A stretch of 51,990 nt of DNA from Klebsormidium nitens (Eukaryota; Plantae; Klebsormidiophyceae), in the NCBI GenBank assembly GCA_000708835.1, contig DF237098.1, positions 1 to 51,990 of the forward strand, in the 5' to 3' direction. The notes under the pieces are model-generated. The model was not told where the DNA came from. It ran no database searches and was given only the letters and a program-made list of their open reading frames with translations. Shown here piece by piece: positions 12,201-21,700 of this stretch (the stretch's first letter is position 1; each line of letters starts with the position of its first letter). A program made the position numbers and the translations under genes.

Positions 12201-13250
12201 GAAAGTACAACGCGACGGTGAGTTGTCGTTTGCTGCATGCTTTTTGCTTACAGGAATTAGTTCGCTTGTTTATGTTGAAGATTTTCAAAAGCCTGTACGT
12301 TAAGGAGTGATTTGAGGACGACCGAGATTGTCGGCAGGAGCAGACTCTGCTTGGCAGATTGCGTTCCGGGGCTGTACAATGCAACGGTGGTTTGTCGTTT
12401 GCCGCCTATTTGATCCCTTTCAAGACTTTGGCCTACTCGGCTGAAAAGGACGCCGCTTCATTGACTTGATCACGTACTTGAATCTTTGGAAGTCAAAGCC
12501 TCCTGGGCAGTTCGCGTTTGGAGCTTTGCAGGGTAGTAATGCTATGTGAGGTCTCATTGGCTGCCGTACTTTAATCTGAAGGTTCGTTACTTTCGCACGC
12601 GAAGTCTTTCTTTTTGTGAGTGGATAATGAGAGGAGTTGCCAGAGGAGATCTGGCAGCCGGCTGTTTGCTTTTGCGGGCTTCGCTGGAAAGCACAATTTT
12701 ACAGAGGTTTCTCATCTCTGGAGAATCACAACTGTAGCCAGAATTGCTCCCTTCGATTTCAGAATTCTCAATCAGCACTTATCCTCTACAGGTGAACGGC
12801 ACATTCAATTCCACGCACGCCTACCAGACCTCCTACCAGTTCGTCGTCGAGCCACTCAATACGACGGTCAACGTCAGCACATACGCTACCCAGACGGCGG
12901 CGCCTTATGTCGCCTTCACCAACGGCACCATTGTGTCGAACGCCAGCATCCCGGCCAATCTGACTCAGGCCCGGAGGACTTATAACATCTCCCAAGTAAC
13001 CCCCAACGGCGGGTTCTATAACCTATCCTCCACTTTGGACGTATCCACGCCGTTCATCAACATTTACACCGGCTCGGACAACATCGCCGGGCAGATTTAC
13101 CACCTGGAGAAGACGCCCGGGAACAATAACCTATCGTCTTACCGGGTGGTGCCCGGGTCGGCCCCGCAGACTGTTACCGTTGTGGCCCCGCTAACCCCGC
13201 TTAACAGGTACCCGATTAGCACGGTGCAGACTTTCGTCATCCCCACCTAA
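3290..13250 (+). CDS. Secreted glycoside hydrolase family 10 (xylanase-like) with N-terminal CBM4_9/CBM22-like module and C-terminal extension; 11 exons
   Basis: Hand-built exons: 3290-3347, 5595-5722, 6167-6382, 6717-6797, 7300-7527, 7994-8205, 8845-9064, 9787-10008, 10887-11102, 11823-12044, 12792-13250. All junctions are GT-AG and phase-consistent (2262 nt, 753 aa). Signal peptide MRGLRGALLLSLVCSIALS, S/T/P-rich linker, CBM-like NLVESPQPF...YIAVTNR...YKVGAYVKISG. GH10 motifs FPFG, LKW, VRGHTIFW, WDPSNE (acid/base Glu), SDYNI, PIWMSE (nucleophile Glu), FAFRGFAGKY. Confidence 0.93.
6011..6095 (+). repeat. Degenerate intronic copy of the exon 3 acceptor plus 5' exon (AG mutated to AA)
   Basis: ttttgcaa|tgc...gagacccttgtgacaaaggtctggtagacagcctgcagccgtttgccgg aligns with ttttgcag|tgc...gagaccctggccggacagaatctggtcgaaagcccccaaccctttgccgg; offset 147 bp. 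Confidence 0.8.
7131..7211 (+). repeat. Intronic copy of the exon 5 acceptor plus its first 72 nt
   Basis: 7140-7211 (CAAIVSVAYSDRYTLVLGAIIGPA) vs 7300-7371 (CAAIVSVAYSDCYTLVLGAITGPA); 8 mismatches by hand count; offset 160 bp; AG intact. Confidence 0.95.
8571..8750 (+). repeat. Two intronic copies of the exon 7 acceptor plus 5' exon
   Basis: ttccag|gttcgctatgcag at 8581 and ttccag|ttacgccatgcagcccgacgagctcgatgtgaccacggtccaggtgatcaacc at 8685, vs the real ctcag|gtacgctatgcagcccgacgagcttaacgtg at 8845. Confidence 0.9.
9149..9246 (+). repeat. Downstream copy of the exon 7 3' end plus donor
   Basis: 9149-9240 encodes the identical peptide DWVKLIADTDPVRLFGYMQLRINDVVGLFK and is followed by GTGAGG; offset 176 bp from 8973-9064. 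Confidence 0.97.
9452..9692 (+). repeat. Two intronic copies of the exon 8 acceptor plus 5' exon
   Basis: Copies start at 9465 (acceptor mutated to CAC, more diverged) and 9607 (AG intact, aacgccatccgccagtgggacccctccaacgagctcatgcac). The real exon starts at 9787. Confidence 0.95.
10155..10830 (+). repeat. Four tandem degenerate copies (~180-bp period) of the exon 9 acceptor plus 5' exon
   Basis: Copies start at ~10160 (most diverged), 10341 (acceptor CCG), 10521 and 10711; real exon at 10887. The 10711 copy has 7 mismatches in 116 nt and also repeats the intronic aa(a/g)acgtacgactc...tctacag. Confidence 0.95.
11236..11308 (+). repeat. Downstream copy of the exon 9 donor junction
   Basis: ggttgat|gtgagtcgtttgtcgactccgtttgttccactttggatca (GT at 11269) vs ggttgat|gtgagtcgtttgtcgcctccgtttgttccagtttggatca (GT at 11103); offset 166 bp. 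Confidence 0.92.
11662..11760 (+). repeat. Intronic copy of the exon 10 acceptor plus 5' exon
   Basis: ttcag|gcggtattgctctctcagacctgaacccccatccgagagtggatgaa (11674) vs ttcag|gcgctattgctctctcagacctggacccccctccgggagtggatgaa (11823); offset 149 bp; the copy carries TGG>TGA. Confidence 0.93.
12118..12710 (+). repeat. Four tandem degenerate copies (~160-173-bp period) of the exon 10 3' end plus donor
   Basis: Copies of gagtggatg...gggcagttcgcgttccggggctttgccggaaagtacaacgcgacg|gtgag end at 12217, 12386, ~12546 and ~12705. The first is closest to the exon in sequence and the distal ones are much more decayed. Confidence 0.92.
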
Positions 13251-13418
13251 TCATTGGTCAGACCGGGGTACGGGTAGCTTAACTGACTCAGTTAGGTTAC
13301 GCAGCCTTCCCAATTGAGCAAGGCAAAGTGGTGACACTAAGTTATTGCACGCCGGACGAAGTCGGGTGCAACCATTTCCGGATTCATTTTTGCTCCACGT
13401 AGTTATAGAGGCCCGTGC

Positions 13419-13493
13419 AGGGATTGTAGAGGCGCCCTGCTTGCTTACCGTCGTAGTGAGACTGGCATAGGGATTCGAGAGGCGCTGCTTGCT
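13419..13493 (+). repeat. Short imperfect direct repeat (~26 bp x2, 50-bp period)
   Basis: agggattgtagaggcgccctgcttgct and agggattcgagaggcgctgcttgct, just 3' of the GH10 stop codon. Confidence 0.7.
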
Positions 13494-16400
13494 CCATCAT
13501 TTCAGTGGTCATGTAACAAGGGTTTGGCGGCGGAGCAAGGAAAAACCGAACCGTACTGGAACCATTTCGTAAGTTGGTTGTATGCTTGTCAATTTATTGT
13601 CCCACCATCAATCTTCTTCATGACAGTAAAGTCACGCATGCACTTTGTGATGCTGCACCATCTGACCCGACTATTCAGACCGTACAGTTCCGTCAGTAAG
13701 TCTGCATGGGTGCCCAGCTCGACTCGACTCCAACCCTTCTAAACCTTCCCTCCCGTTCGAAGTTCCAATGAAGAGCTCACTGAGTCAGTGATATATGATA
13801 GCCTGCGTTCGGCTAGGCTCACTGTCCGATCAGGCCCCAATGATGGCACGTTAAACTTAGCCTTGAAGCGCCGCCAACATTTGCATGATTGAAGCGGACG
13901 GGACTCATATTCAAACTCGAAACATGTTAGTACGTACGACCGCAAACTTATCGCATGCCTGCATGGCTGGCATGCGAGGAATGCTTGAATGTGGGTAGCC
14001 GCCCACCTGGCTAGGCTAGGCCCGCATCCTAATGCAATGGGTCAAATGCCGGGATCATGTTTTGCTTGCATGGTGCACTTGAACCGTGTTCAATGTACAT
14101 GTGCGATGAACTAAGGCCCAGCGCACGGCCTTAAGTTCAATCAATGCACACACGATGGCGGGCCTAGAGCTAGTATGGGTAGCAAATTACGATACGTAAC
14201 TACATTGCGCTGAGTCAGTGATTCAATGATCACTGAATCAACCTTGCCAGGCGGCGCCTGCATGTACGTAATAGTGTGTACGTGTGTGTGTACGTGCTTA
14301 AGTTACATGAACGTTCAATAGGCCCGTGCATGCGGCAGTTGATCGAATTTCTAGATTCATGAGCAGTATGTTCTATCGAGCTGCATATTATATTGACTGA
14401 GCCTGATCATGGCTCGGTTTAAACGTACGCCACGGGCCCGCCACCCAACTCGAACTCGAACTCCAACTGTTGGATCCAACATTTTTTGGATGCCCTGCCA
14501 GGAAGCCGCGGCCGGAGCTAGCAGTATTGTGATCATGATAATCATTGACTCATGGCTCGAGCATGACGGGCTAAATTAATTTGAACTTAGCGCCGCGGTC
14601 GCTTCGAAAGACCAGCCTGCGCATTCATGCAGCCGCACATGCCCGGCGCGCCAGAGTGTCCCGACAACTTCTCATAGGCTCGTGACCGTCTCAATGCTCT
14701 AGGCTAGATATCTAGCAACGATCTGCAGCGATCCAGCGTTTCTCACCTAGCTCAAAGAAATATTCTGGCACGAGAATGCCCAACTCGTCGATTTGACAAG
14801 AGTAATTGTTGCAGTGGGTCTGAATCTCTGTTTGGGCAGGTGACAATGTACACAGGAAATGTATAATCTAGATACCTGAAGTCAGGCCTAAAGCTGTCTA
14901 CAAAACCGTTCGGTTCCTAGTACTTTCGTCTGCAAAGGGGTCCTAGTCATCAGAAGACTACTAGAATGAAAACTAGGTGCTTAGTTTCATCGAATGGTTC
15001 CAAGCTCGTGTGGGGCGCCATAATCTGGCCCAGCTCTGAAAGTTTATGCAACCTAGACTAGGGACAGGAGCATACTGTATAAATAATCTGCTCCGTTAAG
15101 AAGAAATTCTGAAAACCCCTATATGTCAACAGATCCTTGATTTGATCACCAAACTCTTGATTAACCCCTAACAAGCTTCATCCTGAATCGAAACTTTAAC
15201 GAACCGTCCTTGTGGATTTGAAAATTTGCATCTTGCCTCGTAACCAGTATGTAACCCCTGACAAAAATTGAAACGCCGCGCTCATCCGGGCCTACCACTA
15301 CGTATGCACAGAGTACCATCTTCCACCTACACGTCGATCATTTCTAAGCCTAACCTTTCCGGAACTCCTTCGAAGCGTCATCTCACACGCGCGATCTCAG
15401 AGGCTCCATTCCGTCCCCTGCAGCGCCACAGGGATCCCTCGGTAATTGGTCCAACTCACTCGGGCTTCAGTCCCCGGTCGCTCAAAAGGGGTACTTCTCG
15501 ACGCGGCTTTTGCCCGGGAGCTTGCGCCGGCCGCAGCTTCACCATGATGCGCACAAGATGCGCATGCCACGAAACTCCCACGAAACATATTCCGCCCACG
15601 ATGCATCCGATCGTGGACGGAACCAAGTTGGCGCCAGATCAGGTGTCCCGCCGTCGTTGGGGCGCCGCCAGCGAGGCCCTGCACGCGGCGACAGATGAGT
15701 GTCAGAAGAAGGGCATATGGTCGCCGCGTGTGGCGAAGGCTTTGACCCTGGACACGGGAGGATCGGGGGCACGGATCGAACGGACGAGATTGCTGCGGAA
15801 GGAAACACGGACGAGCTCGATCTAATGGACAGATTGGCGCAGAAGCAATTACAGGATTCCGGCGAGTCGCATACCGGAAGCGCGCGGAATGAAAGGAGGC
15901 GTTAGACTAGCTACCGGCTGTTGCCGGGACAAAAGCTTCGACGGCCGCTGAGTTTGCGTCCCGCCTTTGCCTGGTGAATTGTCCCCATACGAACCCTTGG
16001 TTGTTCTCTTTTCCCGATCGAGCCTGTTCAGTTTAGTAGCGAGTCTCTCGAACTCAAGGGGAACGTAAGAGTGCCTCACTGTCCAACCAGCACGGGCTTT
16101 GAATGGCAGGATTGCATTTGCATGCCACGACGTAGAAGGATCCCAAATCATTGCAAAGAAGTGACCCGCGCAATCAAAGCGCACGAGAGAGCTTGCCTGA
16201 TTTCAGAATATTGAACCTCAAAGGCGCCTTTATCCTTCGACAGTTTGCGTATGAAAAGAGTTCGATTGTAAACTACCACGTGTTAATCCAGATAGATCTG
16301 ACGAGACGACCTTGACGGGGTCAGACACGGTCCTGAACTGGAAGAGAAGGTTGGCGATGCCAAGCTCAAAGCCCGCGATCGGACGAAGTACGTGACGGGG

Positions 16401-18738
16401 AGGTAAATGCCAAAGATTTTGCCGATGACGTCAGTCGACGCCATGCCTCGCCAGACCGCTGCGCAATGGGAAACCAATCGGGAAGTCAGCTTTTCCGATC
16501 AATCATGGATTTCTGGACGACCAAGGAACCGACCGGAGGTTTCCGAGGTCCCGAGCTTACCGATGAGTTGGCAAGGGAACAATGGGATCCCACTGTGCGA
16601 ACGTTGGTCAACGGAGCCGATGCGGCGGCGCGTGCGCGCGATCTCGCAGCGTTGCCAGACACGCGTGCGCGCGCTTTTCTGGGGTTTGCTTGGCTGACAT
16701 GTTCAGCGGCTTCACGGTAGAGGTGCAGCGGAGCCTTTCGAATGAGCGGGAAAGATCCGCAGGGCCACAGCGCGGGACTTTGTGCCGGTGGCGTCAGCCA
16801 TACTAATGACGACGTCAGCCTTTGAGTGGGGAAGCTCGTTGTTATACTCTCACCGCGCAAATCAAAGCGGTCCTCCTCTTCTCTTCGGTTTGGCTTTACA
16901 GAGCGCCACCTAGAAAAGGTACGGCACAGCGCAAGATCGCTGATCATGCGCCTGAGGCTTCACAGATCGAAGGCCTACACGACGTCCTTGATTTTCCTTG
17001 TCGATGAATGAGAAAGCTGAACTCTTGACAGAGTCCTCCGTGCTTGTTCGTATGACCAGCGCCCAAAGCCCCGAGAAACCAGCCAGAGCCCCAGCCGTTG
17101 AAAGAAAGAACGAGAGAGCACGAGTAGCGCTTTTTCCGAGCCTGCGGCAGCAGATAGGAACGGCGCAACTTTGTAAGGGGTGGCATCCGACAGAAACGCA
17201 TGGAACACAGCATGGGCCTCATAAGTGCCCAAGAGGCTATTGCCGTCATTGCCAGCTAGAGTCGCATGTGCTATTTCTGAGGTCATAACCGTCATGACTT
17301 CGTTTTGCTTCAATGCAATGTCTTGGACCAGATGACTGTCACAAGCTTGGTCCATGGAAGCTTGACCGATGGAAGCTCTGATTGACTGCGCACAATCGAG
17401 GCTCATTCTGGATATTGCACCTCTGACGCAGATTCTGGATCCAGCACAACTGTCTAGTCTCGTAGCTTGCAGCACGTTATTGCACACTGTCAAAAAAAGC
17501 TGAGCGGGCTTGTCCTTAGGCAATAGGAATGCCTTAAGTATCTAGGTTATTCAAGGCAAACGGAGAGGCGTCAGCCGAACTGTCAATGGCTTCGACCGAC
17601 GCCCCGAAAGTTAAGTTCGTCTTGAAAATCGGCGAGTCGCAACGTTGGGACTGCTTGTAACCATGAGGCGCTGCCCGCCTTTAAAGCCGCCTCTGACTAT
17701 CTCTTGGCTTGAAGGGTAAGGCGAAACCTGGAGAAGTGGCATCAGATTGCCTGCCGGATGGTTCATGGGCGGCAATCCCCAAATCCCCGGTACCGTCATC
17801 ATATGCCGTTCAATGTAAAAATAGATCAAGACATCTAGAAGGAGACTCGAAGGTCACTTTGTCCCAAAACTGGTGGCAAACCCTACAAATGCACTTGATG
17901 AGCACTGAGCCTAAATTGCAGAGGAACAGCGAGACTTTTGGGAGCCCGTAAATAGGTACAAGCGAGATTGCGGTAAAGATTCTCCTGACCGCGGAGTCTA
18001 AAAGGAGCTTTCGGTCCCTGTTTTCCCAGACTGCCTACGTACGCGCATCATCTACCAGGAAGCGAAGTGCTCAGCGCTTGCTATTCGCTGAGCATGAACG
18101 GTTTATCTCAGAATAAAGCATCACGGGGCCGGTCTTTAATGGAGGGCGGATGGCGCGACCACCAATCGTGCGCAAGCCGCGACATAACTTCGAAGCGACC
18201 AAAAAGCTTCAAACAGCTTCGGAGACACAAGTGGAATTGAGCTCTTTGAGCTCACCTTCCATCTGGGTGTATCCTCATAGCTGTTTCCGTCCTAAGGCCG
18301 CGTTAAGTGCTTACCTGCTTAGCCACCGGGTTGAAGAGTAAGTGATCGGGATGCGACCACGTCCTAAGAGTCTAGGAGGGCACCGGACAGCCAAAAAAAG
18401 AAAAACTGGGCGCATAGCGAAAGCCTCACAACCAGACTTACGGCCACGTTAATTGTCCGAGTCGGCCTACTTCCTGCATCTGAGGTTAATTAGTCCTCAA
18501 ATCGAAGCAGGGCGCAATAACGGGGCCAAAGATGGCGTCAGGAGAAATCACGAGACAGTTTGGGCCGCGCTCTTGCAAGGTCCCGTCTGTACCTTCTCGT
18601 CAAAGCCAGTTACATATGTACTTTATGGGTCCTTTGCGTTCCCCAAAGCTTGGAAGCGTGCAATCTCAAAGGCAAATTACCGGCCGCGTGTACCGAATCT
18701 TCCGAAAAATCCAAGCAAGCTGAGAGCCAATGAAACAA

Positions 18739-18772
18739 ACATAAGATGAACGTACATAAGATGAACGTACAT
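18739..18772. repeat. 15-bp tandem repeat (about 2.3 copies)
   Basis: acataagatgaacgt acataagatgaacgt acat. Confidence 0.85.
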
Positions 18773-21700
18773 GAAGGATGAGAGTGACCGAAAATATACA
18801 AGGCTGCTTTAGCGCCTCAACTTGGTATAGTAATTCCACTTGGGATCAGAAAGGACACACTTCAATGAGCCCACCAATCTCCACGTCCTCCGTCAGTGTG
18901 AACGACAGGTCCGCATAGTCGTTCATACACGGATCTATTGGCTGTTTCACAGACTCAGGCTAGGCTCGTTCAATAAGACACGGTGAAGGGTTTTGGAAGA
19001 CTGAAGAGCAGATCGAGACGGCTAAGCAATGACGTCGAGGCGGTGTGGGGGCAAGTGATTGCAATCATATTGAGGTATTTGCCCAAGCCTTTCTTGATCA
19101 CCATAGCCGAAAAGTACTTGGCGATAGTAATTATCCAAAACAGCGCCTTCCATTTCGGGAGTGGAGAAGGGGCCGCGTAAATCATTTGCGTGCAACCTGA
19201 TGGTCAGAATCAGAGATCCCGAGAAGACAAAATAGAGAATCAGAACGGGCTGGAGCACGCCGTGAATCTGGATGGCCGCAGGCAGACGACTTCATTACGA
19301 CCGTAGTCGCTGCCAGGCAAGCTATTGCCAACTCATGTTTTGCCCCTGCATGTGACAAGTCCGATGAGTGTCAGAACTCCGTATGTGTTGCTCCAGTGCA
19401 CTAGCTTGGAGCAGACTGTCGATCATGAAGCCGATGAAAGGTTTTTTTTGAATCCGGCATTTTGGCAGGATGCCGTTGGGGCCTTGTAATCCATGCGGTC
19501 CCCAGGTGGTACTATCAAAGAGACCCACACTCACGCAGGCAGCGGCCGTGCCGATTTGTTGCTCCAATCAGCTAGGGAGGGGTTTCACGCCCTCCCGGCC
19601 TCGTCTTTGAGAGTGCTTATTTAAACAACCTGCGCATGCATGTTCTTTGGAGGCCTTCATGTATGATGCGTCAAGATAGGCGAGGCAAATCCTCAGAGAG
19701 TTAGATCCTTGTGACATATTTTGATCGCGGGTGTCGGAGACAGTATCGGTACCACACTGAGGTCCAGCTCTTAGAATAGTACGCCTCACAGCCAAAGTTG
19801 TCTTTAGATCAATTAAGAGCTTCGCATTTAATGGACGCTTTGTTGAACCACTGTGCACATCAGAGCCATCTCAAAGCGGCAGTGGCCGAATTTGAATTGC
19901 AAGGCAGCTGCAAGGTGGACTTTCACTTTATAGACTCAGACAGGGCGCTCAGAAAAGAAAGAGCTAGACGTCTCGTCTTTGAGAGTCTCGCCAAAAATCG
20001 TGATTGCGCACCAAGTTCCACTGGGCCCCACGTACACTGATTCATCTAGTAGTTCTGGAGGTATTAGGAGCTCCTAAGTTCGTGCCCAGATGCACGTACC
20101 GGGGTAGATGATCAACCCTTGGATACCCACGTGTAGGACGTTGGAACAAAAGATAGCCGAAATCACATTTAAGATTAGTTGCGGGGTCACGTGTTGAGTT
20201 CTAAAGTAATGGTTGCAAGAAGAAGCGGCGTCCGACCTTGACAGTCCAGGGTGCTACTTCAAGATGAAACTCCAGCTGCGATTGAGAAGGCGTCTATGAT
20301 TGGAGCGAACTCGGAAACAACTCACATCAGAGATTGTAGAAGTACGTGGATTGGAGAAGCACACGACAGTCAACCGTACACAATTTGACGTAGGAGGTGA
20401 CGCTGAAAATATTAATTGTAATACCTGGACGTCGAAGAACTCCAAACGGATCCAATTTTGGAGTATATATAAGGTCAGTTTTTCAAGACACTCTTGCTAC
20501 CAAGATCCTTCGGCATCCGATAATCATCTCATGATCAGGTGGAGCTGGCCTGAGGGCTCTTATGGCCCCCAATGAGTAGTGCATATCTATCATAGCCGAA
20601 CTGAAAGACATTTTTCCTGTAAAATGGGTGCATTATAGTTTTTGTACCTTGCAATAATCACAGCATTAGAAACCACTTAGCATGGTCTGTTGCTACACAA
20701 AAGCTTCGCGGATGGCTTACAGAGACGGTGCTCAAATTCTATCGGCGATCCTTGCGGAGATTTGAGGAAAGTATCGATATCCTTTGTAAAGAGCGTCTAA
20801 GGACAGTCGATATCTACAACTGGGGCCGCGAAGAAAGCTCATTTTAACTTCACAGTAGCCACGCGTTGATCATGCGACGTCCTGGAAGGAGCAGCTTTAC
20901 CAGTGATCGAGTCGGACCGAAGGCGGTTTATCAAGGTCAATGAAGTCCATTCTGCAGTCGGATAACAAAGTGCATCATGCGGCCCGACAGTATACACGGA
21001 CGCTTGTGTAGCCCGGGCGCTCGCGTCAAGGACCGAGAAAGAAACAGGACGGCTTAATGCTGCAAGAGACAGCCGCCACGCTCAGGCTTGAAGGGGGCGT
21101 TGCGGGATCCAGTCTTGAATCTAGAGAGCGATTGGATCCCGCTCATCCGCCAAGCTCTTTCTTACGGTGCAAGTTCTAGAAAAGGTGATTCTCAACAAGA
21201 ACAGTATAGCGAGCTCCGTTGCAGTGACCGGCTGCTGATAAGCTGGCGTAGAGCCGCCCTGCCGCGCGCAGATTCCCCGTGACAACCTGGCCACTGACTA
21301 TGAAAGAGTGACCACAAACAGTCAGATCTTGCCGATCTCGATCTTTTGATCAGTGAAAGCTCAATTGAGGAGTCAGAAGCTACGGACCCAAAAAAGGAAT
21401 CATACGAGAGCCACTAAACTTCCAATTTAAGCGTAAGTACAACGGCTTCGGTATGAGCTCTCTTTATGCATGCGGGATCTTGTGAGTTTTTTGTCTCAGA
21501 ACTAAAGTTTTCAGCCGCGACGCACATCAAGAGGGCCCACTTACAAGAATGGACTCTTGCGGATGACAAAGCTTGACGAGACGCATGAAATCGGTGAAAT
21601 GGATTTAAGTCAGCACGATCGAGAGACGTCAGAACCGCGGGCAGTATAAGAGTCTTTGAGATTAAGTTTGGGCCAAGTAGTTGCAGCCGGGCAGAGACAT

